DNA of 64,000 nucleotides, from sequence record NC_005260.1; one strand, written 5' to 3'. The notes below the pieces were generated by a model. It was not told the DNA's origin, did no database searches, and was given only the letters and a program-made list of their open reading frames with translations. The position numbers and the translations under genes were made by a program. Of the stretch, positions 9,481 to 18,249 are shown one piece after another; position 1 is the first letter of the stretch, and every line of letters starts with the position of its first letter.

Positions 9481-10110
9481 TTATACCTTATATACCGCGT
9501 TAGCGATTTGTTCCCAACTACCCACATTATGCTTTTTGGTCATGGAAGAGTCAAGCTTTTTATTCTGTCCACGCAAAATATGGAATTTCAGCTTTTTGGA
9601 GTCGAACACACGATGAAACGCTTCCAGGTGATGATGCAGATCATCAACATATCCGATAACATTTTCCTCGCCATACCGGTCTTTAACATGACGGAACATC
9701 TTGCTCTTGGACTCATGATGATCACAAGTCAAGATCTCTTTAAACGCATTGGGAAACAACACGTTCAGATTTGACATTCGATTCACGCTAACTTGAAAGT
9801 CGGAGCCAATCGCAGTGGTAGCAACGAAATCAAAGTCCTGTTTCAGACGATTGACCCACAACAGAGCATCGTCATATGCTTTCAGACCGCGAAACCACTT
9901 GGAGTTGTTATACATCCGAATCAGGTTTTCGCCGTGCTCTTGATTGCATTGGAAGATCTCACCAGCTTTGCGGAAGCGTTCGTCGATAATCAAATCGATT
10001 ACCACATCAGTCGGGATATTGTACTCCGCACAAAAGAATGGCAGATTGGATGCCCACGACAGCAACACGCCGTCAACGTCAGTAACGATTATCTTTTTCT
10101 TAGGCAACAA
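9481..10110 (-). CDS. 30.2: gp30.2-like HAD-family phosphatase (start uncertain)
   Basis: IVTDVDGVLLSW HAD motif I, YVDDL; resembles T4 30.2. Confidence 0.8.
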   Translation of the reverse strand: MLPKKKIIVTDVDGVLLSWASNLPFFCAEYNIPTDVVIDLIIDERFRKAGEIFQCNQEHGENLIRMYNNSKWFRGLKAYDDALLWVNRLKQDFDFVATTAIGSDFQVSVNRMSNLNVLFPNAFKEILTCDHHESKSKMFRHVKDRYGEENVIGYVDDLHHHLEAFHRVFDSKKLKFHILRGQNKKLDSSMTKKHNVGSWEQIANAVYKV

Positions 10111-10354
10111 GATCGTATCGAGATTTAAGCATCCTTGCATCTTGGCCTGTTGTTGAGTTTGAGACTGGATTGCCAAGTCTGTCATAAGTAACCACCATTG
10201 TTGATTGTAAAGTGAAATAAGTAACGATGATATAATCGTTGGTATAGAGTGCAGTTTCGCCGCACTCGTGTTTGCCTTGTTGATATGATTGATACTCGAA
10301 ACCACTAACCCAGTTTCCGTTCACTCGATAATGAGATTTCAGCGTCGGTGGCAT
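10100..10354 (-). CDS. Hypothetical protein
   Basis: 84-aa ORF filling the operon between neighbours. Confidence 0.5.
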   Translation of the reverse strand: MPPTLKSHYRVNGNWVSGFEYQSYQQGKHECGETALYTNDYIIVTYFTLQSTMVVTYDRLGNPVSNSTTGQDARMLKSRYDLVA

Positions 10355-10677
10355 TTGTAAACGCTCCGTTTGTTACCGTGCATGGCCCAGAACGGGACTT
10401 CCGGTTCGAGACGGCAGCTAAATTCCATTGGCGGCTCATACATCAGACGATCAAGACTTGCGAGTGAGTCGGATATCACAATCCGCATTTTCTTTTCTTC
10501 TCGTTCGGCGTCTCGAAATTCTTCAATTCGATCCAGAATTTCATCCTCTGTTACTTCAAGATTAATGAAAGCCTGTTTGAGATCTTCATTTTCGCTGAGG
10601 ACGCGGATCAGTTCGGCTCGCATTCCTATCCTTTCACCGCCACCAATAACAGCGATCTTAATCTGTTCAGACGACAT
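10339..10677 (-). CDS. Hypothetical protein
   Basis: 112-aa ORF with GAGGA RBS. Confidence 0.7.
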   Translation of the reverse strand: MSSEQIKIAVIGGGERIGMRAELIRVLSENEDLKQAFINLEVTEDEILDRIEEFRDAEREEKKMRIVISDSLASLDRLMYEPPMEFSCRLEPEVPFWAMHGNKRSVYKCHRR

Positions 10678-11090
10678 AAAAATTCCTCTACGGTTAGTAT
10701 TGTTCGAAACGGGTCAGTGTGCCCGATAGAGTGACATAATACAGTGTTTTTGGAGTCTGTCAACGCTTTTCGGAAACTTTCGTTTTGCACAAACATTTCA
10801 TCATATGCGTTATCAAGTAAATTCTGATAAGCGTCGGTGTGTCTGCTAAACGGAACACCTTTCCAATATAGCGTTTGACCGTTATACCATTTCTTCTTGG
10901 CACCGCGAAACTTAGCAGCGGTACCACTCATAGCAGCAATCTGAATTTGCTTGTTAACGTCTTGAAACTTGAGGGACTGCAAGAGTCCCTCCATGCCACC
11001 ACATCTGATATCATCAAACACAAATGCATTATGCGCGAGATTTGACAACACGTTGCCAGGGTACGCAGTGCCGATATGAATGTCTAGCAT
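10626..11090 (-). CDS. 30.3: gp30.3-like NADAR-family protein
   Basis: LSN...F..D.I..G.MEG.LQ..K...TLYWKGVPFSR...TILT.EEF parallels T4 30.3. Confidence 0.8.
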   Translation of the reverse strand: MLDIHIGTAYPGNVLSNLAHNAFVFDDIRCGGMEGLLQSLKFQDVNKQIQIAAMSGTAAKFRGAKKKWYNGQTLYWKGVPFSRHTDAYQNLLDNAYDEMFVQNESFRKALTDSKNTVLCHSIGHTDPFRTILTVEEFLCRLNRLRSLLLVAVKG

Positions 11091-11257
11091 GTTAGCTCAC
11101 TGTATAACAGCTTGGTACGCTCGTTGGCTTGATTCAATAGCTTAGACAATGCATCCATGCTCATACTAGGCTGAATAACGCCAGAACGTCTCTGGCGTCG
11201 TCTGGCGTGACGTTCTACGTCTTTCATTAGTCTAGCTAACTTAGCCGTGTCGTCCAT
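11084..11257 (-). CDS. Small hypothetical protein, 57 aa (below ORF-track cutoff)
   Basis: MDDTAKLARLMKDVERHARRRQRRSG...; TAATG coupling to upstream gene. Confidence 0.6.
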   Translation of the reverse strand: MDDTAKLARLMKDVERHARRRQRRSGVIQPSMSMDALSKLLNQANERTKLLYSELTC

Positions 11258-11820
11258 TACTTGATCTCGATGATTTCCACTGGCTTGCGCTCTCGTCCGA
11301 GACGACCGATTGCCTGTTCAACGCTCATAACTCGACCATTTTCAACATCATCGCGGGACATCTTGATCAGTTCAACAAGTGCCTTTTCTTCTCGTTCAGC
11401 ATGAAGCTTTTCTACCAGTTCTTCGAAACCGATACGCTCCTCACCAACACAGATTACCGCTGTGCCTTTGACAACACCGTAATCAACGCCGATAGCCGGA
11501 CTCAGAACCATTTCGTAATCTTCGCTTTCAATGTCGCCATCATATTCACATGTATAAACCGGAACATCTGGGTATTTCAACAGCATTTGAGCGAATTCAT
11601 GTGTGGTCATTTGCTTCTCAATCGGAGCGATGATCTCATAAACGGTGTTGCGGGTGCGAAACCAACCCTGTCCAATCTCTTGAACGGTTGATGTCATAAC
11701 TTCGGTACCATTAGCAAATCGACCGGCTTTATCGGCGTAGATTTTACCACTTGCGCGATATCCAACACGCGGAATGGAGTCGATCACGATCTTAGCGTCA
11801 ATATTCATTTCCATTTTCAT
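11257..11820 (-). CDS. Hypothetical multi-module protein
   Basis: Start re-called at 11820 (GAGG RBS). Confidence 0.7.
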   Translation of the reverse strand: MKMEMNIDAKIVIDSIPRVGYRASGKIYADKAGRFANGTEVMTSTVQEIGQGWFRTRNTVYEIIAPIEKQMTTHEFAQMLLKYPDVPVYTCEYDGDIESEDYEMVLSPAIGVDYGVVKGTAVICVGEERIGFEELVEKLHAEREEKALVELIKMSRDDVENGRVMSVEQAIGRLGRERKPVEIIEIK

Positions 11821-12026
11821 TACCTCATTAACTTGTGGTACTTCATTAAGTGAGTACCGATTGTGTCTCGATTGACTATGTAACAGAACAGTCCATAGAA
11901 AATCATACAATAGCCCAAATAGAATGAAGTATCATAATTGAGCTGCTTATAGTAGTTAAATCCCATTGTAGCATTCACCAATGAAAAATCAATAGCAAAT
12001 GCAAAAATAATTGCCAACGCTTTCAT
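11820..12026 (-). CDS. Small membrane protein
   Basis: Two hydrophobic segments; start MKALAIIF. Confidence 0.6.
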   Translation of the reverse strand: MKALAIIFAFAIDFSLVNATMGFNYYKQLNYDTSFYLGYCMIFYGLFCYIVNRDTIGTHLMKYHKLMR

Positions 12027-12041
12027 ATTTTCACCATAAAA

Positions 12042-12074
12042 AAATGGGGACAATCTTTCGACTGTCCCCATTTT
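12042..12074 (-). terminator. Intrinsic terminator
   Basis: AAAATGGGGACA...TGTCCCCATTTT stem with a U-tract on the minus strand. Confidence 0.75.
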
Positions 12075-12098
12075 ACTAAACTTGATTTACAAAGTCAA

Positions 12099-12527
12099 TC
12101 ACTTACCGCGACGAACTTTCTTTTTTGCAACAGGCGCTTGAGTTGCTGCACCAGCAGGACGCGGAGCGTGACGCTTGAACTTGAACTCGGTACGCTGGGT
12201 TTCGGCATCAACGATGCGATTTTGCTTGCCCAGTACCAGAGCTTCGGCATCTTTCACGTACTTGTATACGCGCTCGGCCTTGCGTACCAGACGAGTCAGA
12301 GCAACGTCCAGACGGGATTCTTGTGCGCCTTTCTTCGGGTTCTTCGGACCGGCGTAGCCCCAACGAGCAGACTTGGCAACTGCTTTCTTGAGTGCAGTCT
12401 TTGCGACTTCATCTTGCGGCTGGTCAGCGATATGACGATTCAGATCGCGTTCTTTGTTCTTAGCGAACAGAGAAGTTGATTTGTAGATTGCGAAGTGACC
12501 TTTACCGCGGCGAGATTTCTTAGCCAT
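12099..12527 (-). CDS. Highly basic hypothetical protein (30.9 position)
   Basis: 142 aa, K/R/A rich, AAGGA RBS. Confidence 0.75.
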   Translation of the reverse strand: MAKKSRRGKGHFAIYKSTSLFAKNKERDLNRHIADQPQDEVAKTALKKAVAKSARWGYAGPKNPKKGAQESRLDVALTRLVRKAERVYKYVKDAEALVLGKQNRIVDAETQRTEFKFKRHAPRPAGAATQAPVAKKKVRRGK

Positions 12528-12684
12528 TTTTAATTTCCTTTTGTATGGATTCTATGAGTTCATTAACAACGTCATCACCGAAATCAGTTTCGATTTCGTC
12601 AACGCTGAGTGTCCAACGAGCTGTGATCTTTCTTGGCTTAGCCTTAATAACAGCCCGTTCGATTTTTATTTCTATCAGATCAGT

Positions 12685-12969
12685 TCAGGATTTGAAGTAG
12701 TCTTTCAGTTCAGCGGTGATGCCGCGAACAACAGAGCTATCCAGTTCTTTAGCGAAACGCAGACCGTATCCTTGTTCCATGTCCCACTGGTTGATGTATT
12801 CTACCAGTTCAACAGCTTTCTTGTTCTTGGGAAGAGCGGAAGCAACTTCCAGAGCATAAGCCAGAACGTCGATAGACGCACCTTGGTTTTCGTGACCGGC
12901 ATTCCATGCTTGACGTTGAGCAACAACACCACCACGTACCAGGGTTTCAGCAAATTGTTTTACAGACAT
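12685..12969 (-). CDS. rIII: RIII lysis-inhibition accessory protein
   Basis: QRQAWNAGHENQGASIDVLA vs T4 RIII QRNAWNNGHENYGASIDVEA; downstream of 31. Confidence 0.9.
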   Translation of the reverse strand: MSVKQFAETLVRGGVVAQRQAWNAGHENQGASIDVLAYALEVASALPKNKKAVELVEYINQWDMEQGYGLRFAKELDSSVVRGITAELKDYFKS

Positions 12970-12979
12970 TTTTATTTCC

Positions 12980-13390
12980 TTAACGAGACAGAAGAGTAAG
13001 AGAAGATTTGAACGGTTGTTCAGTTTGTTCTACGGGTTTGCCTTGTGGCTTACCATCATAGATTGTACGAATGCCTTTGTAATGCAGAGTCACGAAAATT
13101 CGTGCTTCTGTGCTGTTACGCGGGATAAGCCCGTAGGCCATTCGCGGGTCAGGTACGTTACTGTAAATCCCACTACCTTGCGGCAGCGCAACGTCTTTAC
13201 CCATCAACTCTTTGATACTTTCTGGACAGTTTTCACCAACAGAAACGACAGTTCCATACAAAGGAATGTCACCTTGATTTCTAACACCAAGAATCAATCC
13301 GGCATCAGATTTCAGTTCTTCACCCTTTCGGGCTGCATTACATTCGAGGACCACTTGTTCGTCGAATGCTCTAAAACCTAAATCACTCAT
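12980..13390 (-). CDS. 31: gp31 co-chaperonin (GroES analogue)
   Basis: RAFDEQVVL...SDAGLILG...GTVVSVG...NVPDP...FVTLHYKGI parallels T4 gp31. Confidence 0.88.
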   Translation of the reverse strand: MSDLGFRAFDEQVVLECNAARKGEELKSDAGLILGVRNQGDIPLYGTVVSVGENCPESIKELMGKDVALPQGSGIYSNVPDPRMAYGLIPRNSTEARIFVTLHYKGIRTIYDGKPQGKPVEQTEQPFKSSLTLLSR

Positions 13391-13451
13391 TCATATTTCT
13401 CAATGAGTTTAACACACGTTGTCTCTCAGGACAACTCCCTTTTGTTGTTCG

Positions 13452-13499
13452 CTGTATCGCGTCAACAAGATAATATTATCATTGCTGACGCGAACAGTA
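13452..13499 (-). promoter_or_regulatory. Promoter embedded in a 46-bp near-palindrome
   Basis: Minus strand TTTACT-17-TAATAT with TG extension; core GATAATATTATC is a perfect palindrome with TCGCGTCA/TGACGCGA arms. Confidence 0.55.
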
Positions 13500-13503
13500 A
13501 ACA

Positions 13504-13833
13504 TTAAATTCGAATCAGATCTTCGATTTTCAGAGAACCGATAGAGATCAGTTTCTTGAGCTGGAAGCTACGCCACTCTTTGGTGCCAACTTCATAGAAG
13601 CGGCAGGATTCGAAGCTTTCGCGACGTACAACAGTCGGCTTAACTTCTTTTTCGAACAGCTCTTTGCCGAGTTCGGTAGTGATCAGGCGCTCGTTCAGAG
13701 AGGCTTGAGCTACACGGATGGAGCCATCAACTTTTTCGAACACAACTTGGTGTTCACCCAATCGCAGAATTGCTTCCACGCAACGTTTTACGATTACTTT
13801 TTCGTTTTCGGTCAGGTCGTCCCACTTTCTCAT
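13504..13833 (-). CDS. 31.1: gp31.1-like protein
   Basis: VVFEKVDGSIR...EWRSFQLKKLISI parallels T4 31.1. Confidence 0.8.
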   Translation of the reverse strand: MRKWDDLTENEKVIVKRCVEAILRLGEHQVVFEKVDGSIRVAQASLNERLITTELGKELFEKEVKPTVVRRESFESCRFYEVGTKEWRSFQLKKLISIGSLKIEDLIRI

Positions 13834-14114
13834 TTTTTCAGTTCCTTACAGGTTTTGTCAGTTATATCAGTTTCTTTCATCCAACCGGATTCGCTAGAAT
13901 AGAAGAATGTTTTATTGGTCGGAGCCGGAGCATATCGAGCTTGTTCAATATGCACGATTTTACCTTTGTATGTTGCATTGCAATCAACATTGGTATCAAC
14001 CACGTTGTTCATGTATTCAGATGCGGCAGGCATAGCCATAGCCACGATTACGATACCAAATAAGATCTTCTTGGTACGTTCACTCAATTCAAAATCAAAA
14101 TTACGCAGAATCAT
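13830..14114 (-). CDS. Hypothetical protein with N-terminal TM/signal
   Basis: Hydrophobic ILFGIVIVAMAM. Confidence 0.7.
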   Translation of the reverse strand: MILRNFDFELSERTKKILFGIVIVAMAMPAASEYMNNVVDTNVDCNATYKGKIVHIEQARYAPAPTNKTFFYSSESGWMKETDITDKTCKELKK

Positions 14115-14659
14115 TCTATACGTTTCCTTTTGGATAAAACTTTTTCCCAGTTTAACATAGTCAGGTATTTCTTGTCAATCTTTATTACTTTGATACCGCT
14201 ACGTGTCAACGTTTCAGCCCAATCAGCGTTTGAGCCGTTGTAATCTTCACAATAGACAAGCGTTTTGATCTTAGCTTGTGCAATCGTTTTGGCGCACTCT
14301 GGACAAGGTGCCATAGTGCAATACATGGTAGCGCCTTCAATAGACTTGCCACCGTGTGCAGCGAACAGGATAGCGTTCATTTCAGCATGAATAACGTTTG
14401 ACTTAGCCCATGCGGAGTATTCGTCCGAACGATCTTGTCTCAGTCGCAATTCTTTACCCACGCCAGGAACATCGACGTATTCTGCCCACCCGTTTTCTTC
14501 TGCTACTTCGTCACAGTTCGGTTGACCGGAGATTGTGCCGTTGTAGCCACTACTGATTGGACGATCATCTTTAGAGATAATCGCACCAACTCGATAGCTC
14601 ACACACTTGCTTTCCTGTGCGACAAGAAAGGCATTTTGCAAAAAAGTAGTTGTTTTCAT
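14111..14659 (-). CDS. cd: dCMP deaminase
   Basis: HAEMNAI and PCPECAK zinc motifs. Confidence 0.95.
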   Translation of the reverse strand: MKTTTFLQNAFLVAQESKCVSYRVGAIISKDDRPISSGYNGTISGQPNCDEVAEENGWAEYVDVPGVGKELRLRQDRSDEYSAWAKSNVIHAEMNAILFAAHGGKSIEGATMYCTMAPCPECAKTIAQAKIKTLVYCEDYNGSNADWAETLTRSGIKVIKIDKKYLTMLNWEKVLSKRKRIE

Positions 14660-15030
14660 TTTACCGGATTCGGGTCGATAATGATAGAGTCTACCGCGAC
14701 TTTAATCACGATATTCTGATCTTTAAATAGGAGTTTACCAACTCGCGCAAACAGATCCGCATGATCGCGAATAATGTCCGGATGTTTGGCAGTGTGCCAA
14801 TGCGCATTTCGGCAACTGTAATCTGACCATGCTTCTCTTGCAATGTCAAGACACACGCCGACGTCACGCGCAATAATCCGGTGTTTCAGCTCATTCCAAA
14901 AACCGGAGTTGTAAAGCTTGAGTGTTGGATTACCACCCTTGCCGAATGTGATACCGCCGCCAACTGGAATCAGTTTCTTATATTCGGTATCGTAAAAAGC
15001 ATAGTTGCCTTTTAGATCAATAGTTTCCAT
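14656..15030 (-). CDS. Hypothetical protein
   Basis: ORF coupled to neighbours. Confidence 0.7.
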   Translation of the reverse strand: METIDLKGNYAFYDTEYKKLIPVGGGITFGKGGNPTLKLYNSGFWNELKHRIIARDVGVCLDIAREAWSDYSCRNAHWHTAKHPDIIRDHADLFARVGKLLFKDQNIVIKVAVDSIIIDPNPVK

Positions 15031-15287
15031 TAAATGTCCTTTGGCGGAAATTGTGGAAGATCACCTACGCACCAATCGATTTTGTCGCCAACATACCACA
15101 CGGTATAGTTAACAGATTGGAATCCAACCATGCCGTTTTGCATTGGCACTGGCACTCGAATCTGGAAAGAATATTCATCGGGTCTAGTTTTGCTGTAACC
15201 GAATTGAATCCCACGTTTGCCGTATTCAGAAGCAAGAACTGGAATCAGTTTCGTCTCGATCTCAGTCTCAAACTGTGCAGGAGTCAT
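15030..15287 (-). CDS. Hypothetical protein
   Basis: ORF coupled to neighbours. Confidence 0.65.
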   Translation of the reverse strand: MTPAQFETEIETKLIPVLASEYGKRGIQFGYSKTRPDEYSFQIRVPVPMQNGMVGFQSVNYTVWYVGDKIDWCVGDLPQFPPKDI

Positions 15288-15571
15288 CTTGTTTTTCCGA
15301 ACGTCAGTTTAGTTACACTTTCAATCATCATCGTGTCCAGCATTCGCTTTATACGACGGGAATCATCAAGTGCAATCGGTTTATATTTGAGTTTGCCAAA
15401 CATGCTTTTACCAGCAAACTCTCCCTTTTCCATAAGCTCTATCAGCTTAGGTACCAGTATACTCCCCTGGTAATTTTTTGCAAGCTCTTTTGTCTTAAAG
15501 ATACAAGCTTGGCCGTCTTGAATAACAACCGATCTTCGTTGATTGTCATCAAAATAGGTAATCGCGTACAT
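15284..15571 (-). CDS. Hypothetical protein
   Basis: AAGGAG RBS. Confidence 0.7.
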   Translation of the reverse strand: MYAITYFDDNQRRSVVIQDGQACIFKTKELAKNYQGSILVPKLIELMEKGEFAGKSMFGKLKYKPIALDDSRRIKRMLDTMMIESVTKLTFGKTR

Positions 15572-15622
15572 AAAAACTCCTTGTTTCTTTCTATGCTATC
15601 ACGAAAATAACACAGAAGAAAC

Positions 15623-15640
15623 AAGGGGATTTCTCCCCTT
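15623..15640 (-). terminator. Stem-loop after pseT
   Basis: AAGGGGA-TTTC-TCCCCTT. Confidence 0.6.
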
Positions 15641-15644
15641 GCGA

Positions 15645-16562
15645 TTAGAAATTAGAGTCTTGAACTTCCCAGCACTCAAGACCCAGCGAGCGCCACATAT
15701 CTACCACTTTCTTGCGGTCATCTACGGCATACAGCACGTTGAACTTGGGTGCGATATCACGGAAGAAGATTTCTTTCTTGATAACGTCATCGGGACGCTG
15801 ATCTCCGGCTTCACGCTGGAAGTGAAAATCACACGGCATACCGACTTTCTTGTACCACTCTGCGGTGGCCTCTTTACAACAGCCATCACGACCACTCAAG
15901 TTGATGATAGTTACACCACGCGCTTTCAGATCTTTAGCGTGATTGATTACATTATACTTCGGCAGATCTTGTCCAACCTTGTCCCATTCGAACGGACCAC
16001 GATTGTGCATATGAGCAGTAGTTCCGTCAGTGTCAAACATCACAGCAGTTGGCAGAGCGGTGGACGGCTCATACAGCTCAGTTTCAGCAGCAAAGTCGGG
16101 AACGTAAGAAGTGTGAACTTCCGGATTGAATTGTTCAACAAACCGCTCATGCATCGATTTAACACGTTCAGGGTCAAGTTTCCAAGGACCGCGAGTCTTG
16201 TTACGCGCAAGCAGTTCGTCCAGCTCGACGTTAAACCACAACTCACGGTATTCATAGCCTTCAACGGCAGCAAGTTCTTGCCATTGTTTACGATATACCG
16301 GGCTCAGGTTAGTATCGGAAATGATGATGTTTTTCTTGGCATTGATTGCGGCAACAATCATGGCTTCATTTGCAGCAGATACCAGATTTTCGCGATCATT
16401 GTTGAACTTGTATTCACCCCAGCCACCAATCGCAAACAGGGACTTTCGGGTATTATCACGGTTGACTTCAACGAGCAGACCACGAGATTTCTTTACTTCG
16501 CTTCTTGCGTAGGTGCTCTTACCGGAAGATGATACACCAACAGTTAATTCGATATACGGCAT
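15645..16562 (-). CDS. pseT: Polynucleotide 5'-kinase/3'-phosphatase
   Basis: GVSSSGKST P-loop, NRDNTR, DTN, DTDGT HAD motif, VDDRKKVVDMWRSLG. Confidence 0.95.
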   Translation of the reverse strand: MPYIELTVGVSSSGKSTYARSEVKKSRGLLVEVNRDNTRKSLFAIGGWGEYKFNNDRENLVSAANEAMIVAAINAKKNIIISDTNLSPVYRKQWQELAAVEGYEYRELWFNVELDELLARNKTRGPWKLDPERVKSMHERFVEQFNPEVHTSYVPDFAAETELYEPSTALPTAVMFDTDGTTAHMHNRGPFEWDKVGQDLPKYNVINHAKDLKARGVTIINLSGRDGCCKEATAEWYKKVGMPCDFHFQREAGDQRPDDVIKKEIFFRDIAPKFNVLYAVDDRKKVVDMWRSLGLECWEVQDSNF

Positions 16563-16565
16563 GTT

Positions 16566-17060
16566 TTATTCCTTATTGACTAATTCGGCGAGATACGGAA
16601 CAATTTCGTCATGTCTCACGTTTTTGCTATGTTTACCATGCATTCCACACATCCGATTATACGGGGTTTGATCGTTCAGGTAAACCACTTTTTCATTTTC
16701 TTTATACACTACATAGAATCGGTAGATATCAACGCCGAGATAAAGTGCGTTTGTAATCACTCGCACTGAGTTTGGACCAAATGCATCCCGAACGTCTTTG
16801 ACGATCTGCATCTTATCGCTGATTTCCTCAAACTCCTGTGCGCCATCGTTGCTAAAGATACGTTCACAATAATAATCTTCACCAACTTTAATTTCTAGTT
16901 CAATGCAACAAGAATCATAATATCCGTGTTCGTCATCTTCCAGCTCTTGTTGGAGCTGTGCGATTGCTTTCAAAACAGTGTCTCGTTCGAATTCTACCTC
17001 AATATCGGTAATCTCAATTCGAGCTTGATCTTCCTCGAAAGCATTCAATTTGGCTTTCAT
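16566..17060 (-). CDS. Hypothetical protein
   Basis: Start re-called at 17060 (GGAG RBS). Confidence 0.7.
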   Translation of the reverse strand: MKAKLNAFEEDQARIEITDIEVEFERDTVLKAIAQLQQELEDDEHGYYDSCCIELEIKVGEDYYCERIFSNDGAQEFEEISDKMQIVKDVRDAFGPNSVRVITNALYLGVDIYRFYVVYKENEKVVYLNDQTPYNRMCGMHGKHSKNVRHDEIVPYLAELVNKE

Positions 17061-17138
17061 TATACAGTCTCCTTTTGACTTTGCAAGACAACTTAACAAA
17101 TTATCTTGAAAAGTCAGGCAGTTTCCTGCCTAGACTTC

Positions 17139-17663
17139 TTATTGTTCGATGCAGTCACAATTCTGTAACTTTCTCATGTTCGCTTTGACTTTGGCAAGAT
17201 ACGTCTGGCCGTCTGTACCGCGATAGTTAAATCCAGCATTGTAAGACGCGACAATTTTACTCCACGACTTTTTGCCGTGAACTTCTTGCCAGTATTTCAA
17301 GTTCATTTCGGTCATAGAAGCAGATAGCTCCATGTTCTCGATTAGACCCTTTTTCAGATCACGAACTTGTTTAGCAGTCATCTTGTAACCAAGCTTCTTT
17401 TCCAGTCCGCGAACGGTGTATTTCAGATTGTTCTGGAACACGCCGTAATCACCCGAAACATTGTTTACGAGATTTTCTCCAGCTTCACTCTCAGTAAGAG
17501 CGATGGCAGCAAAAGTCATGCCGTAGTCCATATTCTGACCCAGCTCATATGCGCGATTCACAACATACAACTGATCATCGTTCAATTCAAGACTAGACGG
17601 CGCAGCGTTGACACTAACACTACTAACTGCCAATAGCAGTGTGATACAGATTTTCTTTAACAT
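17139..17663 (-). CDS. vs.1: Vs.1-like exported lytic transglycosylase (SLT fold)
   Basis: Signal peptide; AIALTES, YGVFQN, ASYNAG motifs like T4 Vs.1. Confidence 0.75.
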   Translation of the reverse strand: MLKKICITLLLAVSSVSVNAAPSSLELNDDQLYVVNRAYELGQNMDYGMTFAAIALTESEAGENLVNNVSGDYGVFQNNLKYTVRGLEKKLGYKMTAKQVRDLKKGLIENMELSASMTEMNLKYWQEVHGKKSWSKIVASYNAGFNYRGTDGQTYLAKVKANMRKLQNCDCIEQ

Positions 17664-17747
17664 TTTCTTCCTCTATTTGTTTGGAATAGAAAGATACCTT
17701 TTTCTATGCACTTCCTTTGTTTGTGGGTTGTCGATGATTGCCTAGTG

Positions 17748-17775
17748 AGTATACACGATGAAATAGCTATGTCAA
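17748..17775 (-). promoter_or_regulatory. Sigma70-type promoter
   Basis: TTGACA-16-TATACT upstream of the vs.1-like gene. Confidence 0.7.
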
Positions 17776-17805
17776 CACGTATACCCGTTTTTAGCTCATT
17801 AGCTC

Positions 17806-17967
17806 ATTAACTAATCAGCTCCAGAAATCGAACATCGTAAGATTGCGAGCGTAGCGAGCTAACTTATTGATTTCATTGAAGAAGACAAAATAGATTCTCA
17901 TTAAAGATCTATAAGACATTTTATTTTGTCTTTTCTACTCTAGCGGCTACGCCGCAGTCTATCGACA
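17806..17967. repeat. Dispersed structured repeat, copy 1
   Basis: Roughly 85% identical by eye to 61437-61600. Confidence 0.9.
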
Positions 17968-18249
17968 TTCTTCTTCCTTGAGATCTTTTCGATAGTGGCA
18001 CAGAATTTCGTTTTGCTTCTGAACGTAATTGAACACCTTTTCTAGCCAGATTCGGTATCTCACTGAGTCATCATAACTCATTGCTACATACGGCTTACCG
18101 TCGTCCAGAATCACTCTCCACTCAGGTCGATACGTCTCTACTACTTCTGGACGCGGTGGATGATAAACAACAGGATTAATCTCTTGTTGATGTTGCGCAC
18201 ATCCACCCAACATCAGAGTTAGCCCAATCAAAGCATATTTCATTTGCAT
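17959..18249 (-). CDS. pseT.2: Outer-membrane spanin (Rz1-like lipoprotein)
   Basis: Lipobox LGGC, Pro-rich PPRP segment, overlaps i-spanin end. Confidence 0.85.
   Translation of the reverse strand: MQMKYALIGLTLMLGGCAQHQQEINPVVYHPPRPEVVETYRPEWRVILDDGKPYVAMSYDDSVRYRIWLEKVFNYVQKQNEILCHYRKDLKEEECR

Noticed and set aside
10626-11090. T4-style overlapping gene 30.3' inside 30.3
   Set aside because: No convincing alternative-frame ORF with an RBS was seen.
17815-17920. Short minus-strand ORF inside the duplicated element (MSYRSLMRIYF... / MRIYFVFL...)
   Set aside because: Start and stop differ between copies, most substitutions are non-synonymous, and there is no RBS.
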